Source: Octopus bimaculoides (lineage: Eukaryota). From it: a DNA stretch of 64,000 bases. Location: positions 36,517,093-36,581,092 of the forward strand of contig NC_068994.1 of assembly GCF_001194135.2 (NCBI RefSeq), written 5' to 3'. Below, one piece after another: positions 1 to 12,046 of the stretch (positions are counted from its first letter, which is position 1; each line of letters starts with the position of its first letter). The notes under the pieces are model-generated. The model did not search any database. It saw only the letters and a list, made by a program, of their open reading frames with translations, and was not told the DNA's origin. The translations under genes and the position numbers were made by a program.

Positions 1-900
1 TTAAGGAGATACAGGTAGTATAACAAGCAACCCATGAAGGATTAGTTGCTGTGTTGTTGAAAACATGGATTATCAGGCAGTGCAGAAAGCCATCCTAAAT
101 AATTGTTGTAGAGGTACCCTTATCAACTCCTGTGGGACACACTGGAGAGGAGCTGTTACTTAGGACTTGAGTAGATCAATCAAATTTTGAAAGTATATAA
201 AAGAGATTCTCTAAAATTACTACCAGATTATCTTAAAATGCAGTTTCAGTGTGTCTATGACACAGAATCATAAATGCCATATTCCTTGTGACAAAATTAC
301 AAAAGAAGTTCTTAACTGAGAACAAAACACTACTTTGTATATATTGTTTTGGAGAGAGTATTTGTGAAAAACTCTTGTTCTATAGTCTGGTTTCCTCTAA
401 GGAAATAAATATTAATGAATGGCATTGATATCAGTTCAAGGCATGAATGAAGTAACTGGAAGCAAGGTTAGAGATGGCAGTCTCTGCAGTAAGGAAAGTG
501 CAAAAGAGTCTTAAGATGTTGTTGGTAATAAGGAGTTTATTATTTAATAGCCAGAACATTAGTGGAATATGTGAAATGAATATCATAGATTTGTGGAGAG
601 TGGATAGAAATAAAGAGACAATATTCCATTGGACTTGTAATAGTAAATTGTATGAAAAATGTAGTACAAACTACTTGAGAAATCATTTGTACATTAAAAC
701 CATTGGCTGAAGTAAGCAGTAGAAATGTTTATGGTATAAGGACAAGTACTAAGTAAAAAATAATTTGTGTTGATAGTTAGATGGTACACACTATGGAGTG
801 TGACATAAAAGATTGAGGAGGAATATTCAGGTGTGATACAGACTGCTTGACTTTGAAGATATGATGATAGATTACAAGTAGCAATAGTCTGTGAAGCAGA
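1..900 (+). mobile_element. Highly decayed RTE-clade LINE reverse-transcriptase remnant
   Basis: About 270-340 translates to INAIFLVTKLQKKFLTENKTL, resembling the RT motif DAIFLVRQLQEKFLAKNKPL. A Cys-rich patch lies near 600-670. Many stops and frameshifts; boundaries approximate. Confidence 0.55.
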
Positions 901-982
901 CTGATGCAATCTAAATTAATATAACAAATGGATTTCAAACTATTGACGATGGTTATACATACATACATACATATACACTTGT

Positions 983-1145
983 CATCATCATCATCATTTT
1001 TATGCCCACTTTCCACACTGGCATGGGTTGAATGGGTCATCAAGGTCTGAATCATCTATTGGAAGCTGCTGCTTCCATGAACTGATATTTGTATGTGGCA
1101 TTTGACTTGGTTTCTATGACCAAGTGCCCTTCCTATCCCCAACCA
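983..1145 (-). mobile_element. SINE/LINE 3'-tail copy with (GAT)n tail
   Basis: Reverse complement matches the 3' end of the RTE at 54.6-54.8 kb (GGAAGGGCA...CCATGCCAG...GGAAAGTGG...GATGATGAT). Confidence 0.65.
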
Positions 1146-1333
1146 TTTTACACACACATGCATGCAAACACATATATACATACATAGGTATATGTATATG
1201 TGTGTATGTGTGTATATATATATATAACACTTATACACACAAGGAAATATGAAGTGACTGTTATTTGAAAGTTTTGTAATGGCTCATCTGAGTGTACTAT
1301 TATTGCTAGTGAAGCATTGAAGGCAAAGAAACG

Positions 1334-1439
1334 CTGTATTCTTGCCTCATAACTAGACTGTATTCTTGCCTCATAACTAGACTGTATTCTTGCCTCATAA
1401 CTAGACTGTATTCTTGCCTCATAACTAGACTGTATTCTT
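1334..1439. repeat. 24-bp minisatellite, 4 perfect copies plus 10 nt
   Basis: CTGTATTCTTGCCTCATAACTAGA starts at 1334, 1358, 1382 and 1406, with a partial copy at 1430. No spacers. Confidence 0.95.
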
Positions 1440-1740
1440 TGAGTCATTTCCAGTTTCCAATGGCTTTTTTCATTTAATTTTAAGAACATTAACTTCAAAT
1501 CAAATATATATACAATACATATATACATGTATAAGTTTGTTTGTATAAATGGGAGGAAAAGAAATGAATATATAAATTTGAGTATGTTTATCATTTATTA
1601 GCAGTGAAATTACATAAGTGACTCAAAAGTATAGAGTTTTGTGCTTAGGAACTTGGCAACTGTTTTGGCCACTTATATGACTTCACAGTGAATAATACAA
1701 TTGGATACACATAAATACACATACACACATATATGTATAA

Positions 1741-1780
<40 letters not shown>

Positions 1781-2977
1781 CCATATGTCATGACAACCTC
1801 TATGTGTCCAAGGAGTTAAAAACCCATGAGATGGCATATGTATATGTGTGTGTGTATACATATATATGTAGGTGAGTAGGTCAATATATGAGTTTATGTA
1901 TGTATTGTATGTAGGTGTGTGTATATGTATGTGTGTGTGTATCTGTGTGTGTATATGTATGTGTGTGTGTATCTAAGTATGTAAATGTATGTGTGTGCAT
2001 GCATGTCCACACATGCTGAAATATGTATTTAGGTTAATATCAGGTTAATAATACAATAAAGTAAATGATAATGTTATTGTTGAAGAATCCATTCATTTTT
2101 CATTATATATATTGTTCTTATTTTTGTCACTTGAAAGAAAAACCTATTAGTATCTCTGTATATTGTTTCAATAAGTGAAGCAGTGTAGCAGATTGTAAGA
2201 TAGATTTATATCCTTTCATGGTTGGCAAAAATTGGCCTTGTTTTCCACAGCAACTATTGCAAGTTGAGAGTTGTATGAAATTTGGTTGTTTCATTGGAGA
2301 TAATTTAATTGTTGGTTAATGCTGCGTTACTTTAGATGTTAGATGAGGTCTATACATCAGAGGAAAGCGTGTCTCAGGAATGACTGCTTTGACATAGACT
2401 ATTAAAATTGAATAAGGTATTAGAAATAGCCACATTGTAGTAGGACCTGTAATTCTATTTCTGAAGTACACTGAAATCTGTCCAGTAGATTAGTTCTAGT
2501 TCAATGGCGTATGTGTTTGCACATCGTTCAAGTATACTGGGTAGTATTCAATTGATGTTTAGGATCATTTACTTCTCTCTCAAAAAACAGCAAAGTAGCT
2601 GACCCCATGGGCAACATAAAAGATGCTTGTAACAGAGATGTAATGTTGTGAAGAGAATTTATGCATGAGTAGAGCCTCATATAACAATATTGAGTTAACT
2701 CTTTTTACTGTCAGTGCTGTAGCAAACAGACATATCTAAGTATTTACATTAGTTTCCAAACAGCAGTCCTTATTATTTGATAGCAGACATGCAAGTTACT
2801 TACATTACGTGCTTAAATGGATTTTGTGAGCATAGTTCTCTGACAGACTACGTTTTGAATAGTGTTGAGATATGCTCTTGTAAAATGTATACATAAAAAT
2901 ATCCCATGAGTATAGTAACTTTTATTTGGTAAGAGTTAGAGTTATTATATGATAAAATATCCCTTATTTGTAGATTG

Positions 2978-3183
2978 TCAAGTTTGTGAATACAAGCAAC
3001 AATTGGTTACATCAACTTGTGTAGATTTTAAGTTAATGATATTTTTGTCTTGGTTAAAATATCTAAAGTAATGGTGGTTCATACATTTGCTTGATGTGCC
3101 AGTGTCTTTAGGTTTGCTGAGTGGCTGGAGTAAGGGCTTCTTACCTGAACTTGCAGTCTGTTCTTGCGGAAAATATTTTAGAC
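2978..3183 (-). CDS. Protocadherin gene A, probable terminal coding exon (G-LKYFPQEQTASSGKKPLL...CLYSQT*)
   Basis: Acceptor TTCTTGTACAG|GT at 3184/3183 is phase 1, matching the phase-1 donor at 5543. Frame is open 67 codons to the stop at 2978. AATAAA on the minus strand at 2926-2921. Internal in-phase donor CAG|GTAAGA at 3145/3144. Confidence 0.55.
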
Positions 3184-3474
3184 CTGTACAAGAATAAAGA
3201 TTCAATAATATAAAATCATATTTGAACATATTTGCATGTGAAACTATAAAACATGCATGTCAACAAAGATATATGCATGTAAAAGTATACAAACTTCTTT
3301 TCTATGTCATATTACTAATATGATTAAATAATGTAGTCGTAAAGTGTATGCATGTATGTATAGGTCAGTTTTGTTCTTTACTAATGATAGAAATTATTAT
3401 CAGTAAATAAATTGCAGTAGTAGTGGCAGCAGTAATGGTAATTATTAATAAATAACTTATTCACCATCCTCATT

Positions 3475-3720
3475 ACCATTTTACATCTGCTTTACATACT
3501 GGCATGGATTGGATGGATCATAACAAGTTAGTTTTCATTTGGAGTTACTGCCTTTGTAATCTGGTTCAAGATTGACGTCGTAATTATACATTTCACTCTT
3601 GGTATGATTTCTATGCGTACATGCCCTTCCTAACACCAACTTATCTACTTGATTATGTTGTCTCTGTTCACTCACCAACAACTTTACAGAGTGTATTGGG
3701 TGCTTTATATCATGGCACCA
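3475..3720 (-). mobile_element. SINE/LINE 3'-tail copy in last intron of gene A
   Basis: Reverse complement contains AAGCACCCAATACACTCTGTAAAG, GTTGGTGTTAGGAAGGGCAT and CCAATCCATGCCAG, homologous to the RTE 3' end at 54.6-54.8 kb. Confidence 0.65.
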
Positions 3721-4699
3721 ATATTTGATTGACTGCCTTGTTACAGCAAGCATAAAACAAAAAAATCTTCTCTATTCTACATTGTCTTACTCTTTCAAGA
3801 TTTTTATGACTAAGAGCATTGAATAGGAAAGGATAATAACTATGAAAGTGAAAGAAGAGACAGTAGGAATGTAATGGAAGAATGAGATTGAGAAGAATGT
3901 GACAGAGAGACAGTTGGTTTTGGTATGAGGATGAATGGGAAACTGTTGTTGTTACTATTGTAATGTTTGTTGTTGATGTATGTTGAAGTACCAGGTTATT
4001 TTTAATAAAACTGTTAAGCGGGATTTTATCCAATTCATTTAGATTAAAGATTTCACAATGATTGTGTCTGTAGTCCATTACTTGAGACAAATTTTGTCCT
4101 TTAGATATTTATTTCATTCATTTTAATTGTCAGTAACTAATAATATAAGCAAGCATCTTCTGGGTGAGTAGGAAGAAAAGTTAGTTACAAACCAATGTAG
4201 CACCGATTACACCCACAAAAGAAAATTTGGGGCAAAATATTAATATGGAGTTTAAAAAGAAAAACAGTCATTTACACTTAAGCATATAAAAAAAGCAAAA
4301 ACATGTGTAGACATTGATGTGTTGCTTGTTGTCACTTTTGCAATATAATATAAGTAGCTTGTGTGGATATGATATGAAATAGTACGTAAATATGCAAGTC
4401 TTTACACTCCTTTAAAACTCAAGAACTTATTCCAGGGCTATATTCCATTAAAGGAGAAGAAAGGAAAACAGCGACATTGGTTCCAGTAACAAAAGGTGAT
4501 TATGTTCATGGGATGCTCTGAAGCAACCTAGGTGGTGACTTCAAACTCATGTGTGGGTGGGTTGCCCTTATTTTTGTTCCACTCTTCATTTTTATATTAA
4601 TATACTTTTGTGTATCCTCAGATATATTATAAACCTTTTTCATAACATGTATGAATGAACTAGACTTTATGGGAAATTAAGTGATAAGTTATTGTTGCT

Positions 4700-4905
4700 G
4701 CAGTTCTTGTGCTACATAAAAAGCACCCAGTCCACTCTGTGAAGTGGTTAGGATTAGGAAGGGAATCCAGTCATACAGACCAAGCCAAAACAGACTATGG
4801 AACCTAGTGTAGTCCCTGGCTATATCAGTTCCTGGTATGTCAAGCTGTCCAACCAATACTTGCATGGAAAATGGATGTTAAATAACGATGATGTTGATGA
4901 CAACG
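4700..4905 (+). mobile_element. SINE/LINE 3'-tail copy in last intron of gene A
   Basis: AAAAGCACCCAGTCCACTCTGTGAAGTGG...TTAGGAAGGGAATCCAG...GCATGGAAAATGGATGTTAAATAACGATGATG. Confidence 0.7.
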
Positions 4906-5542
4906 ACGGATTTGCAATATTTTCAGGTTTCTTACTGCTGTTTGGAGTATATTCTTTCTGTAAAACTTCTGAGTTTCCACCGAGTGCCTTTCATATTTAC
5001 AGCTTATGTCAGCATTAGTTAATTTTATTGGAATTTAAAATGTTCTAGTCTGTTGTTGCTGCTGTTGATTATGCATGTGCATGTGTGTGTGTGTGTGTGT
5101 ACATATATTTATATACATAAATTTATAGCATATATACATGTATATATATATATATATATATACATATATACTCACATATGGAAATGGTTATATGTGTATA
5201 ACTATATGAACATACATTATTGTATTCTGCATCATTCTTGAAGATAACGTGTGTGCTTAGCATTAGTTTTTTTGCTATATTCTAAATAAGAGACTAATCC
5301 TGTTGATAAGAGTAGTTGAAATTCCAATTCACAAACGATAAATGAATATTGGAGTCTATGTTTAAAAATGGTATAGAATGATATGGTTTGAATAAAGAAA
5401 TCTTATGCCTGAAATATTAACAACTCTCATATAAAATATAATTTATTTCTCTTAAGCTTTGTTTTAAAATCATCTAAAAAATCACAAGATTTTATGAAAA
5501 TAAACTTAATCTTTTATTACAAGAATAATGTCAAATTTATAC

Positions 5543-5699
5543 CTGGTAGTGTTTCATAATGTCCTGCATTTCTTTCATTCCATTCTTGATTATTTTCTGC
5601 ATTTGATTGGATTGTTGATATATCATTAAGACGGTCAAGAGACACTATTATAGGCTCATGTTGGCCTATGTCCGAGGCCCTGCTTGAGAGAAAATTGAT
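5543..5699 (-). CDS. Protocadherin gene A, cytoplasmic-tail exon (INFLSSRASD...WNERNAGHYETLP-G)
   Basis: Acceptor TTGTATTTACAG|ATC at 5700/5699 is phase 0 and matches the donor at 6946. Length 157 nt = 52 codons + 1. Donor CCAG|GTATAA at 5543/5542. Homologous to the exon at 44812-44662. Confidence 0.8.
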
Positions 5700-6945
5700 C
5701 TGTAAATACAATAGGCGGACCACTGTAAGGTAAAACTACATCTGGAATTATAGACTAAAATGTATAAGGGATAAAACTACTGTCAATCAGTAAGTTTATA
5801 TGGAGACTTGATATAGCATTATTACTAAATTAAATTTAAAATAGTATTGAATCATGAATTAAAAGTCTAAGTACAAAACATTGGCATCAACAAGATAGGT
5901 AAATACTAATGATTTATTAGAAAAAATATTTTTTTAAATATCAGTTTTGCTATAATCAAATTGTTCTCTCTGATTACTATCTCTATGCTTAATCTAATTG
6001 AGATGCTGCGTTGTGATAATTAATGTTTTTTTTCTTGCATATTAATTAGAAAATACAATTAATCATGTAAATAGCTGAAAAAAAGTTCATGTAAACACTT
6101 TTAGAATTTTTTCATTGCTAGTATTAAGTATCCTTAGCAATAATGTTAATGTATTTGATACACATCTGCTTATACACGTGGGTATGCAATTTGTGGTATG
6201 TTATTATGTCAATGCATAATGAATCACTTGTTTCTAAATGAAATGATATGTATTCTGTTATATGGGGTATAATTTATTCTCTGTTATATTATGTATTCTA
6301 TTGTAAAATGCAGCTTATAATTATTTATATCATATGTTAGAAGAGATGGTATGTATATACATTGTTGTGTAAATCCATTCCATAACGGCATGCATATTAA
6401 TAACCATTTTAAAATCATAAATATCTCTGAAGGTAATTTGAGAATATCAAATTGACTAGTTTCCTAAGGATGAAAATGGAAATTATCTTACTCAGAGTTT
6501 AAGGGAATAGAAGAATAAATATAAAAATAAACTACAAGAAAATTTCTATCATTCAAGATAGAAGGAAACTCAAGTGGGATGTTTGTATTTCAGTTCTTCA
6601 TTTTTCTATATCTTTTGAAAATTTAAATGCTAAGGAAGATAAATTATTGTTTATGAAAATATTTATTATTTTCACCATTTTCTTGTACTCTCTGATTTAT
6701 ATAATTTCCGTTTCTATGAATTTTAATGCTAAGCAATTAACCTATTATATAAATCATTGAAGGCTTCTTAACTCCACTGCATAAGCTATAATAATCTGTG
6801 ATGTAATGTGTATTCTACAGAAATTTCAGCTTAATGGTAAAGTTGAACATAGGTTTAGAGGAAATTACTTCTGGTGTAATAAACATTGATAATTGCAGGA
6901 AAGGAAACAAAAGAAAGAGAAGTAGGAATGAATGAAAATACAAAC

Positions 6946-9333
6946 CTGGTGAGATTGTGTAGTAAGGAACTGAGGATGAACTTCTGCAGAGGAAACTTCC
7001 CAGTCACACCCAGGTTCATAATCAGAATTTGGGTCTCTTCTTATTAGTGTTGCTTTAGGGGTGCGATTGCAATCTGCATCTGTTACCATAGCAACTGGGA
7101 TATCATATTTAGGTGACATAAGTTCACAAACATACCCTGACTGTCTTTGTTCACCAACAAACTCATTGTTTGTAGCATACTGGACATCTCTTTGATGCCT
7201 TTTATGGACAACACATACTATCACTGAAACTACAATGGCAACTGAAACTATCACTGCTGCCACCACAATTATAATCATCAAGTTAATATGTATTCTGTTG
7301 TCTGATTCTGTGTCTTCAGCTGTGTACATTCTGGCTGTTGTATTGCTAACAGTTAGTGTCAAAGACAGTGTAGTAGTTGCTGATAAAACTGGAGTGCCAC
7401 TATCTTTGACAACTAAATTCAAAGTATATGATCCAGCATCATTTTGGTAAATAGGACGAGAGAATGATATAACACCAGAATAGGGGTTAACTGAGAATAA
7501 TTGCCTGTTATTTCCTCCAAATATTTCATATCTGAGGAAAGCATTCACATGACTGTCCCTATCAGACGCTCTTAATGTTGTTATGTCGGTGTTACTTTGT
7601 GGATGGTAGTGGACATCCAGATTAAAGGGATCAACACTAGGAAATGTAAAATATGGAACGTTGTCATTTTTATCCATCACTTCAACAATTATATTTGCTG
7701 TATCACTTAAAGATGGTATTCCTTTATCTTCTACCAAAACTTTGAACTTATAAACATCTTGTTTTTCATGGTCTAATGTTGAAATTGTTGAAATAAATCC
7801 AAAGTTTGAAATCTTGAATGGGAGAATATCTTCATTGTTATTCAATAGAGAATATTTTAATTCTCCTCCAGATCCTAAGTCTGGATCTGAGGCATTTATA
7901 AAGCCCACAGGAAAGTTTGCTTCTTCATTTTCATAAGTTTGGAATCTAAATAATGATTTGATAAATTCTGGTTGTACATCATTTATATCCATTACTTGTA
8001 TATAAAAATGTTTGTCTGTCTTTAGGGGTGGAAATCCTTTATCTTCACAAGAAATGGTAAAATTGATATAACTCTTACTTTCTCTATCTATAACCTTTTT
8101 TACTATAACTTTATATTTATTTCTTCCAAGACCTTGGAGCTGCAACTTATCATGGTGAAGCAAACAATGAACTTCACCGTTTTGTCCAATATCATTATCA
8201 GTGACTTTTACATAAGCAATAAAGCTACCAATTTTTACTCCCTCTGAAATACTGGCTAGATGTGCTGCTGATTTTGATATAAAATTCATGTCTATATCAG
8301 GAGGATTGTTCTCTTCACTATTTATATTCACTAAAACCATAGCAACTGAACTCAAAGATGGATTTCCTCCATCCTTGGCTTTAACATACAGTTTGTATAA
8401 TTTTTTTGATCCTGGTGGAAACTTTTGCTGTTGCCAGATTTCTCCTGTTGATTCATTTAATTTAAAATAGGCTCTGGCACTCACCGATGTTTTGGAACTG
8501 AACTCATAGATTACTTTACCATTTTCACCAGAATCTAAGTCAGTTGCCGATAAAGTGACTATAGGCATTGATCGTTGATAACTATTTTTGATAGAAACAT
8601 TGTAAATATTTTGGGAGAAGATTGGAGAATTGTCATTTTCATCTCGAATTAATATTTGGAGATTTAGAACACCTTCCTTTGGTGGATGGCCACCATCTTT
8701 TGCAATAACTTGAAGTTGATAAGAATCTTTCAATTCTCTGTCAAGTTTCTCTTGTAAAACTATTCCAAGTTTAGCAGAACCATCTAAGTTTCTGAAAACA
8801 GATAATGTGAAAGGTTCTTGTTTTGTTTTCTTTAGATGATAAGTTATCCGTGAACTTTGAATGCTTACATCATTATCCATAGCATTTGGTATTGCTGTCC
8901 AAGATCCAATACTGTCTCTTTCTGAGAACATTATTTGTACTTGTTTCTCTGGAAATTTAGGTTGATTGTCATTGGCGTCTTCAATAATAACTTTGATTTC
9001 TAATATTTTTACAAAAGATTCTTTGTGACTGACTGCAACATCTACTATTCTGAAACATTCTGTCTTGTATTTACAAAGAGATTCAGCATCTAATATTAAT
9101 GAGGTATAAAATTTCCCTGTCTTAGAGACATTAAATAGCTGAGAACTGCTAGTGAGTTGGCTAAACCAAAGAAGACTGTGATCTTGTGATGGAATACTGC
9201 TTCCTAAATGTGAGTCAATAGCAATGTCTCCAATGTATGTGCCTGGAGCTTGGTTCTCTTTCACATTATAGGTTATGTCAACAGTTTGTGATAATTTCGG
9301 AAGAAATAGTAGTAACAATATTGGCACCAACAT
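6946..9333 (-). CDS. Pcdh: Protocadherin gene A, large coding exon: signal peptide, six cadherin repeats, TM helix, proximal cytoplasmic tail (aa 1-796)
   Basis: 822-aa ORF with hydrophobic leader MLVPILLLLFLP. Repeat-end motifs DANDNQPKF, DENDNSPIF, EENNPPDI, DINDVQPEF and DKNDNVPYF; LDRE/IDRE/LDHE and A.D.D motifs; TM IIIVVAAVIVSVAIVVSVIVCVV followed by HKR. Acceptor TTTTTTGGTTTCAG|A at 9373/9372, 39 nt before the ATG. Phase-0 donor CAG|GTTTGT at 6946/6945; the last 26 aa of the listed ORF are probably intron read-through. Symbol is family-level only. Confidence 0.95.
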
Positions 9334-10482
9334 TATCTTTATAATGATTTTATGAAGTCATTGATAGTAAATCTGAAACCAAAAAAGAAATGCACTTCTC
9401 AAATACCTATTTACAACAGAATATCAAGAAAATATACATATGTTTCACATTTTAATATTTTGTTAGATAATATTTAGAATTTACAAGCTGCTGTTTCTAT
9501 TATTGATAATATTTAAAAGAAAAAGTCTTTAGCTGACAGTATATATTATTCAGTGGTTCAATATTGTAGTATTCAATATTTTTAAGCATATTTTCAGCTT
9601 TGAATTTTTCAGATATTATAAATTTTTCCTTAGTCAAATTGACATTGTAATCATTCAATAAATTGCCTCTATTATGATCAAATTGTCTAAATCAACTGTA
9701 AAACAGTAGTATGTATGTTGTAGACTGAATGCTGTATCTAAGTTGTAAGCAGTACATTCTAACCACCATGAGAAAATAAATTTTCTTATCAGAGCCAATA
9801 TCTTAGTCTTTCTATTAGGCCTACCGCTGATTAATATCCTTTCTGTGGGGAAACTCATTGTAACCTAGATTCTGGCAAGATTTAATGCAGAAATTTGGTT
9901 CTGCAGGATATAAGCAGGGAAGGTTCAATCAAATAGAATATGGGTGAAGTATCTTGATTTCTTTTCTTTTCTTTTTCTTTTCTTTTCTTTTTTTCTTTTC
10001 TTTTTTCTTTTCTTTTTTTTTTCTTTTTTGCTTCAAATGAAGTAAACAGTGTAAGAATTGCTATGCTGTACCACATTGACTATTATCTTCTTGGCAACAA
10101 CACCTTATTAATGAGCAAATCGTGCAGGCAATGTAGTGAAGAGATTAATCTGAAAAGAATACATTAACAACAAAGGGTTTTTTTTCTGCTTTGCTCACAA
10201 TTCATTGATGAGACAAGTCTTCTGCTAGTTGGACTTCTAACAAGAAGAAAGTAAGAGATTACATGTGGGATTGGGTTAGGAAGGTGGTAACGATTGAGGT
10301 TAGAGGTGAGGAAGCAGGCCTTATCTTTGATTCAAGATGTTCTTCAAAGATGCTAGAGGTGGATATGAAAAAGGTTGTGAGGAATGCTTCCAGGTTAATG
10401 AAGGTGAGCGGTCAAAATGGGTTTTGTTAACTCACTTTCAATATAAAGCAGTTATGGTGGAGTGGAGTAGGGTGGTGGTGGG

Positions 10483-11052
10483 NNNNNNNNNNNNNNNNNN
10501 NNNNNNNNNNNNNNNNNNNNNNNNNNNNNNNNNNNNNNNNNNNNNNNNNNNNNNNNNNNNNNNNNNNNNNNNNNNNNNNNNNNNNNNNNNNNNNNNNNNN
10601 NNNNNNNNNNNNNNNNNNNNNNNNNNNNNNNNNNNNNNNNNNNNNNNNNNNNNNNNNNNNNNNNNNNNNNNNNNNNNNNNNNNNNNNNNNNNNNNNNNNN
10701 NNNNNNNNNNNNNNNNNNNNNNNNNNNNNNNNNNNNNNNNNNNNNNNNNNNNNNNNNNNNNNNNNNNNNNNNNNNNNNNNNNNNNNNNNNNNNNNNNNNN
10801 NNNNNNNNNNNNNNNNNNNNNNNNNNNNNNNNNNNNNNNNNNNNNNNNNNNNNNNNNNNNNNNNNNNNNNNNNNNNNNNNNNNNNNNNNNNNNNNNNNNN
10901 NNNNNNNNNNNNNNNNNNNNNNNNNNNNNNNNNNNNNNNNNNNNNNNNNNNNNNNNNNNNNNNNNNNNNNNNNNNNNNNNNNNNNNNNNNNNNNNNNNNN
11001 NNNNNNNNNNNNNNNNNNNNNNNNNNNNNNNNNNNNNNNNNNNNNNNNNNNN
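10483..11052. other. Assembly gap (N run)
   Basis: N run. Others at 15287-15338, 16948-17356, 29536-29581, 35770-36675, 37712-37721, 40075-40429 and 51400-51409, mostly flanked by microsatellites. Confidence 1.
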
Positions 11053-11774
11053 CCCCCCCCCCCCCTCTCTCTCTCTCGTATTAGCTCACTTGAAATTCAA
11101 GAAATTTATATTCTTGCAACATGACCAATAAAACATTGAAGCAAATGAAAAGAAAACAAAGCAACTGTATTAATTATTGCAAAGTGATTTCTTTAGTGCA
11201 GTTTGCTTATCTTTGTTTCAAGTCTGCATTATCTTCTAAAGGAACAACTTTGATGTAATATTGTAAATTGATATCTAATTTAACTGAAATGTAGTTGATC
11301 AACATATAGCATTTTAGAGCATTTAAGCTAATTTATATGTATACTTTTTAGCTCTAGCACAATATCACTGATGATATGAGAATCACATACATGTTGCTTA
11401 ATTTAATTTGTAATGTTTTAACATTGATTAAGTTAACTTTCAAAGAATGTAATTGTTAAAGACGGTGCCTTATAATTGCAACTTTAGCTTGAAGTCTTAA
11501 TACAATTAAATCTTAATACAATTAACAAAATTTGTAGGCTGAATGAATGTTGAATAAAAGAAAGAAAACACCAATTTAAATTGCATTTGACAAGAAACTA
11601 AGTCAGTCAGTGTGTATAAACAGTTTTGAAATTTCTATGTGAATGATAAGAATTTGAAATATATGATGTACTTATTGATAACTAATCACATAATTCCAAT
11701 GCAATTAATAATAGCCAATACTTGTACATGTTCATATTAATTTTTACACCTTTCTTTATAAGTATAGAAGCTAA

Positions 11775-11785
11775 TAGTAGTAGTA

Positions 11786-11836
<51 letters not shown>
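11775..11836. repeat. (AGT)n/(AAT)n trinucleotide microsatellite
   Basis: Direct reading. Confidence 0.95.
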
Positions 11837-11994
11837 CTAATAAATGCATTCTTCATAAACAAACAGAGCTAAAAATGTCATACAATGTTTAAAATAAATA
11901 TATATTCAAAGATTGACAACATATACCAACTGTACCAACTGCTTTTAAAGAAGGCTATCATGTAACTAACTGAGTTAAATGTATATTGGTATAT

Positions 11995-12046
<52 letters not shown>

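Noticed and set aside
1334-1439. CRISPR-like array or (RIQSSYEA)n protein in ORF 1148-1594
   Set aside because: The repeats abut with no spacers, there are no cas genes, and the context is eukaryotic. The ORF is a minisatellite by-product.
2804-2877. Exon candidate with GTAAGT donor at 2803
   Set aside because: Weak AAG acceptor and stops in all three frames; at most untranslated.
5380-5410. Phase-1 acceptor ATTTCAG|GC as gene A terminal exon (GIRFLYSNHIILYHF*)
   Set aside because: Lies in repeat-like AT-rich sequence with a low-information peptide. The 3183 acceptor is better supported, but this is not formally excluded.
6865-6945. Last 26 aa of the listed 822-aa ORF as the true C-terminus
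   Set aside because: Follows a phase-0 CAG|GTTTGT donor, is T-rich, and an in-frame downstream exon exists. Probably intron read-through, though kept as a possible retained-intron isoform.
7235-8470. Plus-strand ORFs 7235-7450 and 8288-8470
   Set aside because: Antisense shadows of the protocadherin CDS.
10337-11131. Long ORFs spanning N-gaps (also 16875-17390, 35491-36969, 39935-40504)
   Set aside because: Length comes from untranslated N codons.
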